A stretch of 64,000 bases of DNA from Basidiobolus meristosporus CBS 931.73 (taxonomy: Eukaryota; Fungi; Basidiobolomycota), in contig MCFE01000077.1 of NCBI GenBank assembly GCA_002104905.1, positions 1 through 64,000 on the forward strand, in the 5' to 3' direction. Numbering within the stretch: the stretch's first letter is position 1; the number at the start of each line of letters is the position of its first letter. Below are positions 47,092 through 59,559 of this stretch, piece after piece. The notes under the pieces are model-generated. The model was not told the DNA's origin, searched no databases, and worked only from the letters and a program-made list of their open reading frames with translations. The position numbers and the translations under genes were made by a program.

Positions 47092-47775
47092 TCAGGCGCA
47101 AACAGGTGGGGCAGGAGGGTTGAAATTGGTGCACGTAAGGCTACAGCACGCCCCGGGGTTGCCCAAATCACAAGGACCACCGCTCGGTGTACACGGTGCT
47201 TGACATGTACCAGATACACATGTGTTACCACCACAACAACCGATGTTGGAAGGGCCACCACAGGAACCACCGACTGGTGCGCATGGCGGTTGGCATTTTC
47301 CTGACGCACATGTATTTCCATCACAGCACTTTTGTTTGGAGCTACAGGTCTGACCAAGAGGAGAGCATGATGGTTGGCACTCACCATACACACATGAGCT
47401 GCCGGCACAACACTTGTGCTTGGAGCTACAAAACTGGCCGAGAGGAGAGCATGCTGGCTGGCACTTGCCATACACACATGAGCTACCGTCACAGCACTTG
47501 TGCTTAGAGCTACAAGACTGACCGAGAGGAGAGCATGGCGGCTGACATCTACCAGAAACACACCGATTTCCATCACAGCACTTGTTCTTTGAGTCACAAA
47601 AACGACCGAGCGCAGAGCATACCGGCTGGCATTTACCATAATTGCACAAGTTTCCATCACAGCACCTGTCTCTGGAGCTACAAGAATGACCAAGTGCAGA
47701 GCACGCTTGCTGGTATCTTCCAGACACAGTCCAAAAGCATACCGTCATTACTACAACAAGGAGGCAGAGCTTCAT
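47092..47775 (-). CDS. Secreted tandem knottin-like repeat protein, paralogue 4 (227 aa, 7 modules)
   Basis: Signal peptide MKLCLLVVVMTVCFWTVSG, then 5 A, 1 B and 1 terminal module; all framework Cys intact. Confidence 0.9.
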   Translation of the reverse strand: MKLCLLVVVMTVCFWTVSGRYQQACSALGHSCSSRDRCCDGNLCNYGKCQPVCSALGRFCDSKNKCCDGNRCVSGRCQPPCSPLGQSCSSKHKCCDGSSCVYGKCQPACSPLGQFCSSKHKCCAGSSCVYGECQPSCSPLGQTCSSKQKCCDGNTCASGKCQPPCAPVGGSCGGPSNIGCCGGNTCVSGTCQAPCTPSGGPCDLGNPGACCSLTCTNFNPPAPPVCA

Positions 47776-47860
47776 ACTGCTGACTTGATTTGAAACTAGA
47801 GGTTGAAAGTGTGGAAGATTTGTATGCGATGGATTGAAGAGGTTGTGAGTTCGTGCATCT

Positions 47861-48027
47861 CTTTTATAGTAAATTAAGAGATCTCTTATGCAGGCCGGGG
47901 GGGGGAAGAGTGTGCAACCATATTTTAGCCAACGTGCAACAGGTAAGAATGAGCAACCGCTTTTGATCTAGCCAAGTTTGCCTACTAATGACCGGATTAG
48001 AGACCATTTGGGTTTTGGATCTCGATT
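47861..48027 (-). promoter_or_regulatory. Putative promoter of paralogue 4: TATA box plus conserved upstream block
   Basis: TATAAAAG on the minus strand (47861-47868). The block at 47955-48027 is homologous to 43677-43749. Confidence 0.6.
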
Positions 48028-49080
48028 AATCTTTTGGTTGTGGCGAAGATTCCAATGGCAGTATCCTCCGAGACATATGCAGTCTAATTTGATGTAGGTG
48101 GAATTGAGGAAACTTAATGCGAATGATATCTTGGGGTTATTGGTTTGTGAATGCTACGTAGACTGGCGCCATATTATGTATGATTGCTATTGGCGAAACT
48201 GCATTTGTTGTCTCAAACCTCACATGGTGGCCGCCAGGACAAATACTGTCCTGTGAGTAATTCAGGTGATGCAGCAGTCATCCTTGAAAATTTCGCCCTA
48301 TAGGCTAGCCGAAAGAAGTTGGAACGACTGTTACCATCAGAAACCAATGAAACTGTATTTCTAGGGCTATCGGTGTGTTCATTTACTGACTGTTATATGC
48401 CACCCAGGTTTCACAGCGCCTGGCTTAAAACATGCTACAACACATTGCTATCTAGCATGATATATGCATAGGCCTAAAGTGATTGAACGGAATACCTTTA
48501 TTCAACCTAATTTGTGATAGTGTCGCAGGCTAACCATACATATACTTGCAAAGATGTGATCGACATCACATTCACACCGAAGAGCTCAGTGATCAGTACA
48601 TAAGGCAGTACTCTATTTAATACCTCATTGTCGGATCTCACATGATATCCTGCTGGTATTCAGCTGGTGTTTTCCCTTATTCTGTTAGTTGCAAATACTT
48701 GTAGGAGTAGTGAATAGCTGATTACCAATTTCGGTAGGTGGGTCATTACCCTTACTACCTCCTTGACAATGCGTCTTCTTGCTAGCCAAATAGCTAAAAC
48801 CCAAGATACTAGAAGTTGTGATTTGACCAGGCTTGGACTTATGATCATTTAATGCTGTCATTCTACTGACCTTTGGTTAGTTTCCTTTTATAGGGAAATA
48901 AGAAATATCATGTTCCTCATTATAACAATGACCCCAGCTCTTTTAAGAAATCCTCCCATTTTACTTTCAAATAATGTTGTTGGCTGCTTGCTTCCTCCAG
49001 ACATCTGTCATAGCTGATAATATGTACATATTAGACTTGGTCTACTGGATAGTCCCACATAGTTGCAGGCAGTCTATACA

Positions 49081-52000
49081 CCCTATGAAGAGTAATTGCA
49101 GTGATTCTGTCAAAAGGCTGTTACAAGATTTGAATCCCATGACTAAGAGGTAGTGATGCTATCAGGATACTGCGCAAAAACAATCAGAAAAAACTAAACC
49201 TCAGATCTCACAAAAACCTTAGTCAAAGTTTTTCATTGTAGCAGTCCCAAGGTTGCCTTTAATTGGTCACTGCCATTTCTCCCACTTTCTGATTCCTGAC
49301 ACTCAATCATCTCTTAAATTTGTTTACATTGATTGGCAATTGCCTCTTTTGACACTGCTTATTTCCTGACTCGGCTAGTGTGCTTACTTTTCATGCATTA
49401 AATTGTTTACTTATGTTGCATCTGTAGTTGTGACTCAATTGTAGACTGCACTGACCTATACAAGTTCCAACACCCAACACTAACATTAGGCCCAACCACA
49501 CACTCAATCAGTAACTCCATAGGAATATACTGTTGAAGATGCACCTCTGCCATAACATCCTTTGCCCAAGACTTTGATGGGAGCCCTGTGGCAATATGTC
49601 ATTATTAGTTCACTGGTTCTTCTACATCCTGGTCTTCAGCCAGCACTGCAAGGCTTAGCAGTTCATTGGCAAGTCTAGGTTAACAGCACTAATTGGTCAG
49701 AACTGCAGCTTTTTCCTCATGCTTCTCTGTTTCTGGCTTGGGTAGGCTTTTTCTCCTATACCTATACCTTTATCATTGCCAGGTCTTTCATTGCTACATT
49801 GACTGATTGATTCTTGTATAGTGCTCTGTTTTCTCCTTGATAAATGCTGCACTGGTGCATCTGTTTGGTCTGCTTGTTGCTTACCAGCATTCTTCTAGCT
49901 ACTTGACATTTTGATGCCACATGCTATGAGATTTCAGCCATGCTTGTGACAGGTTCCTGAGGAAGCTGCTGATTTTTATTGCTGCCAGGTCCTTTACCAC
50001 TGTTTTGACTGAGTGCTTCTGGAATTGTACTTGCTTTTTTCTTTGTTAAGTGCTGCACTGGGGGATCTGTTTCTGCCTACTTGTTTCTTGCTGGCACTCC
50101 TCTGGCTACTTGATGTTTCTCTACCACTTAATTGGAGCTTTCAGCACTGCTTGTAATGGGCTCTTGAGAAAGCTGCTGGTCTTTAGCTGAGAAACCCTTG
50201 TTCCTCTACCTTTGATAGTTTCTACTATTGTTGAGTTATTTACTGATAAGCATTCTGTCCTGACCAGGCTTCTTGTTGGAATTTACTTGGAACATCTTCA
50301 CCAAATTATCAGGTACTCAGATTATGATCTTTCTCAAAGTTGTCCAAAGCCCTCCAAGCTTTGCACACATATTCTTGAGACCTTCCTTAACAGACTCTGC
50401 ATATTTGTTTGCCCTACTTTATCAAAAGTATTAATATCATACCTTTGATCAATAAATCTACAATCAAATAAAATGTAAATCCTCTAGTTCTCCTCATCAC
50501 TTCCAATACTCCTTAGAATATTGCAACAACCAACACTGGTGGTGGTAATGATATAATAGACTTGTTCCATTGGATAGTGCCACATTGAGTCATGAGTGCC
50601 AAATGATGCCATAGTGTGCCAGGGAGGCCAAATGAGCCTATATGTAGCCACAGAGTGTGAAACAGAGCTCTGCATTTTGATGCAAAGCTGCCCCTGTGTT
50701 TCACTCATTGTGTTGGAGATAATCCATTTTTTGACCTTTTTTTTTAGGTCAATGTTGTGCAGGATGTGTAAGAGCATAGAAGAACTGAAGACATGCATCA
50801 TGTACTCAATACCCATGACACTCTGAATCTAGCTCCTGTGGCTTGTAGCATGTCACAAAAATGTATGGCACTATCTTGGTCCACTGGTACTATCTGGTAC
50901 TATAATTGCTTTGTATGAATCTTACTTTAGGGCAAATAATTACAATATAGTGCCAGATAGTACCAGTGGACCAAGATAGCGCCATGCATTTTTGTGACAT
51001 GCTACAAGCCACAGGAGCTAGATTCTGAGTGCCATGGGTATTGCATAACTGATGCATGTCTTCAGTTCTTCTGTGCTCTTACACATTCTGCACAACATTG
51101 ATCCCCAAAAAAACATCAAAAAAATGGATTGTCTCCTACATCATAGGTAAAACACCGGGGCTGCTTTGCATGAAGATGCAGAGCTCTGTTTCACACTCTG
51201 TGGCCAAGTATAGGTTCATTTGGCCTCTCTGGCACACTATGGCATCATTTGGCTCTCATGGCTCAATGTGGCACTATCCAACAGAGCAAGTCTAATAGTT
51301 GTTGGCCATTCTTGCATTGGAGGTACTGCATTTGCTACATTCTCATCTGAATGAGCATTGTGGTCAGCTTGCAGCTCCACAGAGACTCTCAGTTACTTAA
51401 TTGGCCAAGTGTCCAGAGGGGTCCACATTACTATATTCAGTGAGAACACTGTCAACATGGCCTTCTTGGATGTAGTCCTACTAGTTGCACTCAGTGTCAT
51501 ATTACTCTCTGGCTGCTGTCTGCAGCAAGGTTTGGTTGGAAACCAGGCAGCTTTGGGTTGTTTTTTGGTGGCACATATATAGAAGCAGGTCAAACCAAAG
51601 GGGAAGTGGTGATGCATATATGCATGGATGTAAAAACACAGCTTTGTCTATAATGCTTACTATTGTTGGACACCATTGAATCCTACACTCATATAGGTAT
51701 AGATCTCTCAAATACAAGACTATCCCAAGCTTGCATTGATATTCACAAATATGTGATGTAAGAGTGTTATGTTGCTGAATATCCAGCTTACCAACAGCTT
51801 GATACATCTATCTAAGCACCTAACCACACTGATCACCTTGCTCAGACAAGATCAAGTGAGTTTGTGATGTCTTTTGGCTGCCTGCAGCCTTCTAAGCATG
51901 GCCCATACAGTAGCAGCTCTAAAGAAGAAGGCTCACTAATGCATTGAGAGCTTATCTCCCCACATAAGTGTACCAACCTTGAGACCATTCAAGTCCTAAT

Positions 52001-52560
52001 ATGTGATGAGACAAAACCCATGACTGAAAATGCCAAGGATACCTAATGGAATCAAGTTACCCTAGTGATCCATTTACTGGTGAGTGACTCAATACTGTGG
52101 CTAGAGAAGTGGAGTGCTTCCACTAATATCAGTAATGGAGGCATTGAGAATTTACTGTTACATCTTGCTAACATCATTTCAGGATGCAATGTACCATGCA
52201 TATGTTAGGTATAGACACAAGGCAGGAAGAGTAGAGCTATGCAGGGCAGGACTAGGAAAAGACATGTGTATTGATCAACAAAGTAAAGCTGTTTATTCAA
52301 GGCCTGTGTTTATCAGACTGAGGGATGCACAATGGGAGTTTGGACTATATCTGCCTTTTGGAAATATGGTTACCAAAAGATGTTTGATGTCCAGTGGGGA
52401 TTGTGTTTCAAGCCCATATAATAGTGAGCCTGCTATCACATTTCTTCCCACTTACCATATGATTGGTGACAGACTCAGGTTGATGAGTGTTAGTGACTGG
52501 CAGTACTTAATGCCTGATTATTACTGAGTGTGACACTTTATTGCTTGAAAATATCTGTTT
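49081..52560. mobile_element. Degenerate CACTA/CMC-type transposon copy: left end, second-ORF remnants, N-terminal transposase remnant
   Basis: Starts CCCTATGAAG. 49081-49700 is homologous to 61533-62300, 51310-51800 to 55500-55980, and 51850-52400 to the transposase 5' part at 56230-56750. Interrupted by the foldback element. Confidence 0.7.
50559..51292. mobile_element. Foldback / MITE-like element, 734 bp, with about 346-bp inverted arms
   Basis: 50559-50904 is the reverse complement of 50946-51292 (mostly transition mismatches) around a 41-bp spacer. Termini GACTTG...CAAGTC, flanked by TAATA on both sides. Confidence 0.85.
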
Positions 52561-52930
52561 GACTGCATCAAATCTTTATGTATGGTATTACTAGAGCATA
52601 TATGGAATATGAAACACATTTTCTTCTGTGGAGGTATCTTTTTACTAATTAAAGATATTGTAAAGAAGCAATGTGCACTCTATTTATATCACACAAGTAC
52701 TGACACATCCCAGTTTCAGAATGCTCTTCAAGAGATATAGTGCCTACTGCATTATTTGCTCTTTATTTGTATTGTGTAGGTGGTAAGTTGCAAACCAGAA
52801 TGACTTTTACAAAAAGCAACGCTAAATTCTGAAGCCCCCATCACTGATAAAGGTGGAACAGCTTCACTTCTCTAGCTGGTACACCATATCAAGGACCAAC
52901 CCATGGATTACTATGCCCACTTGGCTCTAT

Positions 52931-55155
52931 CCCTATGAAAGATAATTTGGTCCCACAGACAGATTCAGTCTGGATCAGCTGTCAGGATCCTCTTCAGAGA
53001 CAATCATAATGCCAGCAACTTGAAATTAGTGACCCTCTTGATGATCTTGTGATGGAATCACATCAGCATTTTGCTGATTTTATTGCCATATAAAGTTATA
53101 AAACTTGATGGGGTTTGATTGGTGCAGTGACAATAATTGCATGGCATTGTTGTGGTCTTGATGCTATTTACAACTATCTTCAATGGATCTAACCAGCCAG
53201 GACATCCAATTGCCCTATATGGCAAAAAACTAGATGGTATATTAACAGCCACAAAGCAAGACTCTGATGACATAATTGCAGTGGTATAGCAGCCTAGAGC
53301 TAGTTTGGTATAATGCTACCATACCAATTTACCAAATGGTATTTCCTTTTTCTACCTCCCCTTATGCAATTCATATATTTCACTGTAGAATCACCCCTCT
53401 TTATTAGCTTACCCACTACTATCTTGGGTATTCCACATATAGTTCCCTATGAAAAATAATTGGGCCCCACAGGTGGATTTAATTTGGATCAGCTGTCAGG
53501 ATGCTGTTCAGAGACCATCATAATACCAGCAGCTTGGAATTAGTGACCCTCCTAACAATCTTATAATGGGATCATGATGGTGTTTTGCTAATTTACAACC
53601 AAATAAAGGGATAAAACTTGACAATATTTTATTGGTGCTGTAACAATCTTTGCATGGTATTGTTGCAGTCTTATAGTGCTCTACAACTATATTCAGTGGA
53701 TCCAGTCAGCCAGGACATCCAGTTGCCTTATATGGCAAGAAACCTGCTGGTATTTCAACAGCCTCACAGCAAGACTCTGATGGCATTATATTGGCAGTGT
53801 GACAGCCCACTGCTGTTTCTGTAGAATGCAACCATACCAACTTACCAAATGGTATTTCCTTTTCTACCTCCCCTTGTGCAACTCATATATTCCATTGTAG
53901 AATCACCCCTCTCTATTTACCTACCCACTACTAACTTATGTATTCCACATATAGTTTGAATCAAAAAAAAACTATGGCCTCCTGCTTACTAACCTCTACA
54001 AACACGCACACCTGCTGCAATTGACATACTTCTATCACTTCAACTTTACAGCTTTATAGTGTGATACTTACAAAGTTGCCAGTTACCTTGTACTGCTGGT
54101 AACATATACATTTTGCAAACATATGCTTGGTTGCTGCTGCTTCTGCTATGAATACCTCCTGAACATCTGCAAAGAACTTCCTGGTATTGAGCCAATATAT
54201 TCCTCCTCCCTGCTGGATTCTAGTCCCCCTTATGGATGTGCTCTGGCTTTTGTTTGTGTGAACCCCATATTAAATGGTGTAGAAGTTGGCTTATGAGTAT
54301 GAGAAATACAGCATATATTGGTAGAGTGTTCCTTATAGAAATTAGTTGCTTGTTGCACCCAACCCAACTTTGCATTACCTAACTAATTACCCATGCATTG
54401 GGGCTGCTTAGCTTCCTAATGCCATAGGCATAGGTGTCTCCAGGTTCACATTTGTCCTCAGTATTTCCCAACTTTTCCTAGCTGTCCTCCATGTGCCAAC
54501 TCATCACATCCATGATGGACTTGAAGGAAATATTCTTGATGAGATAGGGATATGGTAGTACCTGCAACTTGACTTGTCTTCCTATCTCCCCACACATTGC
54601 TCCAAAAGAAACTGCCAAAAGGTGAGGTAAGGTCCAATATTCTCCACACACCATGCAAGATGGAGTAGAGAATGGATACAGTAGCAGCAGAGATCTACAT
54701 GTTCAGCTTTATGCTTGTAGTATAGCCGCTCAAATCTCATCACAAACTCCTCACACAGCAGCTGTAGATGCGTCAAGTTGGCATTGGTGATCCACTTCTG
54801 AATAAATAATCCTACAATGTCCATATATGACTCCCAATGCTTCCAATGTCCTCTTGGGAGGAATGGCTTCAAAACACCACTTGAATAAATACATATCCAG
54901 CTCATCCAGTCCTTGCATTTGTATTCTGTATATGCATATGAATATTAATTGGATCCCATGCGAGGTACTTAAGGTAGCGGATACTCTGTAATATCTTGCC
55001 AATTCTTTCAAATTTCTCCGGTATCTCAAAAGACTCATTTAGCTTTAAATGCCCCATATACAACTTGGTCATCAGTATAGGGATATTGTTGAAAAGAAAA
55101 TGCATTGCTCCCAGTGGAAAGCTTTTGCTCCAACAAATACCTTCTATCTTAAGTC
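52931..55155 (-). mobile_element. Two nested minus-strand right-end fragments of the same transposon family, including the transposase C-terminal (DUF4218-like) part
   Basis: CCCTATGAAA termini at 52931 and 53445. Translation FVMRFERLYYKHKAEHVDLCCYCIHSLLHLA..VENIGP. Reverse-complement match to 57430-59498. Confidence 0.8.
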
Positions 55156-55178
55156 TATCTGAGGCTTATCTTTGGGCA

Positions 55179-55772
55179 CTATTGTTGTGCTTCAATGACT
55201 GAATGGTGTTCCTTTGATGTTACATTAGGAAATAGCTCAATTCTTGGCTTTGAAATTAAGCTACTTGGGTTCCTTCTTTGCAGCAAAAATACTGCTTTCT
55301 CTACCTGAGATATTGATGGCCCTATATGTAATATCTGCTCATCCTGTTTCTGGACTATTTCCTGAATTCTCAGGGCCGTTGCATCTATCCTAACTGCCAC
55401 TGCACCTAATTGCTTCATTAATGCTTTGGTATGAGCTGACAAAATACTATCTAATATGGGTGGTGGTGATGTTATTATGGCCACTTGCTGATCTTCAACT
55501 GAGGGTACTGCATTTGCTACATTCTCATCAGCCTGAGCATAACGGTCAGCTTGTGGCTCCATGGGGGTTATCAATTGCCTACTTGACTGAGAGCCTGAGA
55601 AGTCCGCATTATTACCTTCAATGGGCACACTGTCCACAGGGCCTTTTTTGGATGTAGCCCCACTTGTTGCACTGAATGTCAAAGCAAGCTGTTGTCCAAC
55701 AGTTCTTCTGTTGCCATCAGCAATGGGGTTTGGTTGGGAACCAGACAACTTTGCTTTATTTTTTGGCAGCAT
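55179..55772 (-). pseudogene. Second (accessory) ORF of the transposon, divergent from the transposase
   Basis: 197-codon remnant with a coiled-coil-like segment. Homologous minus-strand remnants occur at about 51300-51600 and 63200-63900. Confidence 0.55.
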
Positions 55773-55987
55773 ATATGTGGAAATGAGTCAAAGCAAAGGG
55801 GAAATAGTGTTACATGTGCATGTGTATGTGGTGCCACAACTTTATCTATAATGCTTGCTATAGCAGGTCATCATTGAATCTTACATTCATTTAGGTGCAA
55901 TGTCTCAAATACAAGACTGTCTTAAGTTCATGTGAGTATTGACCAAAAAGTGATATAACAGCATCACATTGTTGAAGGTCAAACTGT

Positions 55988-58900
55988 TTGCACCATGGAC
56001 AACACTATTTGATTCAATGCTGCAAGAGAAGAGAAAAAAGACCATGTGGCTATTGTTGCAGGCCTCTCAGCCATGAGGCATGCAGACAGTATAGGAAGTA
56101 TTACAAGGATCACAACCAGTGTTTTGCCACCCAAGTCATATCTGACCACTCATTGGTCACTACAGTACCAACATCATCTTGCCTGCCAGTTGATACTTCT
56201 GGTTGTCTTTCTAACCTTGTGCAAACAGAGTCAGGTGAGTTTTTGATGCCTTTAGGCTCACCTCAGCCTTCTGAATATGGCATGCAGAGTGATAGCTCTG
56301 ACAAAGAAGGTTTACTGATGGATTCTGAGCCTATCTCTCCTAACAACAGTTCCACATATGATCCCAGTCAAGTCCCTATATGCAATGAGACAACACCCAT
56401 GGAATCAAGTGCTAAGAATACTTTATGGAGCCAAGTGAGTCCAGTAAGCAATCTACTGGTGAATGATGTAATGTTTTGGCTAGAGAAGTGGTGCATTTCT
56501 ACTAATATCAGTAATGGGGGCTTTGAGGACTTATTACTACTTCTTGCCCAAAACATACTGGAATGTAACTTACAATGTACATGGTACAAGTGGACAACCA
56601 TCATGTGGCTGGCAATGTATTATCCAGAGACTGTCCTGATTGCAGCATGTGTTAACAGTTGCATTGCATTCACATACAAGAATCCTACCATTGTAACATG
56701 TCCAAATTGTCAGAAATCCACCACCATTAAGGGAAAACATTGTTCACACTCTGGATGTATTCTGGTTATACCCCTTCTGAGGAAGCTGATGCAGTTCAAA
56801 AAATATTGCAAACCTATTTGGTACTGCATTCAGTTTCAATCAAGTGCAAACATATCCAATGTAATTGATGGCAAACATTACAAACAGCCAAGAAGCAAGG
56901 GCTACTTTGAAGGTATGTATGACCATGCCTTTGCTTTAGCACTTGATTGATTCTCATTAAACAAGTACTCTACCAGCACATCCTGCTGGCCACTGATTCT
57001 CATTGATCTGAATATACTGCCCATCTTACAGTATCAGAGCAATAATCTGATGGTAGTCTCACTAGTGTCTGGGCCTAAATGACCATCCAACCTGGATAGC
57101 TACCTATATCCATTGCTGGATGAGTTTTATATGCTTTCCAGCAGGGTAACAGTAAATAGCCATCATGTAACAGCACATATTATTATTTGTATTGGAGACA
57201 CCCAGCCATCAGCAAGATAGCAGATTTTTCCGGGCACAATGGATGATATTGCTGTCAAGTGTGTAAGATCCAGGGGACTTACTCCATAACTCACACACAT
57301 TATTATTACCCAAGCACCAGCACTAAGAACATCATCTTTCCACAGAGAGAACATACAGAAGCCAGCATGCAATTACAGCAAAGTTGGCAAGTTATCAGCC
57401 ATTGGCCAGAATATGGAATCAATGGAAACTAGGGATACTTAAGATGTAAGGTATCTGCTGGAGCAAAAGCTTTCCACTGGGAGCATGGCATTTGCTTTTC
57501 AACAATATCCCTGTACTGATGACCAAGTTGTACATGAGGCATTTCAAGCTAAATGAGCCCTTCAAGATACCAGAGAAATTAAAAAGAATTTGCAAGATAT
57601 TACAGAGTATCTGCTACCCTAAGTCCTTCTTATGGGCTCCAATTAATATTCATATGCATATGCAACAACTCAAATACAAAGACTGGATGAACTGCATATG
57701 TATTTATTCAAGTGGTGTTCTGAAGCCATTCCTACCAAGAGTACATTGGAAGCATTAGGAGTCATGCATGGACATTGTAGGAATATTTATCCAGAAGCAG
57801 ATCACCAATGCCAACTTGACGCATCTACAGCTATTGTGTGAGGAGTTTGTGATGAGATTTGAGCGGCTATACTACAAGCATAAAGCTGAATGCATAGATA
57901 TATGCTGCCACTGAATCCATTCTCTACTCCATCTTGCACAGTGTGTGGAGAATATTGGGCCTTGCATCAAATTTTGGGATTTTCCTATGGAGCAGATGTG
58001 TGGGGAGATAGGAAGACAAGTCAAGTTGCAGGTACTACCATATCCCTATCTCATCAAGAATATTACCTTCAAGTCCATCATGGATATGATGAGTTGGCAC
58101 ATGGAGGACAGCTGGGAAGAGTTGGGAAATGCTGAGGACAAATGTGCACATGGAGACACCTATGCCTATGGCATTAAGAAGCTAAGCAGCCCCAATGCTT
58201 GGGTAATCAGTTAGGAAAAGCAAAGTTGAGTTGGGTGCAACAAGCCACTAATTTTTATCAGGAAAACTCTACCAAGATATGGGGGATCTCTCATGGCCAC
58301 AAGCCAACTTCTACACCACTCAACATGGAATTCACACAAACAAAAGCTGGAGCACACCTATAAGGGGGACTAGAATCCATCAGGGAGGAGGAATATAGTG
58401 GCTAAATACCAAGAAGTGCTTTGTGAATATCCAGGAGGTATTCATGGCAGAAGTGGCAACAACCAACCATATGTTTGCAAAATGTATATGTTACCAGTGT
58501 TGTAAGAGTCTTGGAGATATTGGAAGTGATTTGGAGAACAAGTAGATTATGTGATTTTCACTTAATGATTTATTGAATGTAAAAGTAGTATTTATACTTT
58601 TACCTGGTCTTGGCATTACAAACACGTAGAGTAGGTTAAGGAAGATCCCAAGAACACGTGTGCAAAGTTTGGGGCTGTTTGGACAACTTTGAGAATTTTT
58701 ATGTTCTGGGTACCTGGTATTTTGGTGAAAATATTCTAAGTAAATCCCAACAAGGAATTTGGTCAGTATTCTCTAGGATTTAAAGGTGATGATCTAAGTG
58801 ACTAAGTTAGGTGAACATTTAGGTGGAATTATGAATTTTTACAACAACCAGCACTACAAGGTATATGGCAACTTTGCAAGTATCACACTAAAAAGCCGTA

Positions 58901-59498
58901 ATGTTGAGGTGATAGGAGTATGTCAATTGCACAGGTGTGTGCATTTGTAGAGGTTAGTAAGCAGGTGGCCATAGTTGTTTTGATTCAAACTATATGTGGA
59001 ATACCATTGGTAGCAGTGGGTAAGTAAATAAAGAGGGGTGATTCTACAGTGGAATATATGAGTTGCACAAGGGGAGGTAGAAAAGGAAATACCATTTGGT
59101 AAGTTGGTACGGTAGCATTCTACAGAACCAGCTGTAGGCCGTCATACTGCTGGTATAATGCCATCAGAGTCTTGCTGAGAGGCTGTTGAAATACCATCAA
59201 GTTTCTTGCTATACAAGGCCATTGGATGTCCTGGCAATTGGATCCACTTAAAATAGCTATGGAGCACCAAAAGACCACAACAATAGCATATAAATATTGT
59301 CACAGTACCAATAAAATCTTGTCAAGTTTTATCCCTTTATATGGTTGTATATTAGCAAAACACCGTCATGATCCCAACATAAGATTGCTAGGAGGGGCAT
59401 TAATTCCAGGCTGCTGGTATTATGATGGTCTCTAAACAGGATCCTGACAGCTGATCTGGAGTGGGTCCACCCATGGGACCAAATTATTTTTCATAGGG
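55988..59498 (+). mobile_element. CACTA/EnSpm-like Tnp2 transposase pseudogene and right terminus
   Basis: ACVNSCIAF...TCPNC...IPLLRKL...ISNVIDGKHY...ALALD*FS...CWPLILIDLNILP...SGPK*PSNLDSYLYPLLDE...IGDT, then IHSLLHLAQCVENIGP...FPMEQMCG. Ends AATTATTTTTCATAGGG at 59498. Confidence 0.85.
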
Positions 59499-59559
59499 CT
59501 GTTTCTCTTACTTCTCATACATACTAATTGATTTATTTCCGTTGATACTTTAGTTGTAC

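Noticed and set aside
42140-47775. 84/90-bp periodic repeats as a possible CRISPR-like array
   Set aside because: The units are in-frame coding modules with no constant-repeat/unique-spacer structure, in a eukaryotic context with no cas genes.
32898-47775. Voltage-sensor-like gene about 9 kb from knottin genes, suggesting a toxin-target or immunity pair
   Set aside because: Five unrelated housekeeping-type genes intervene and nothing in the sequence links them.
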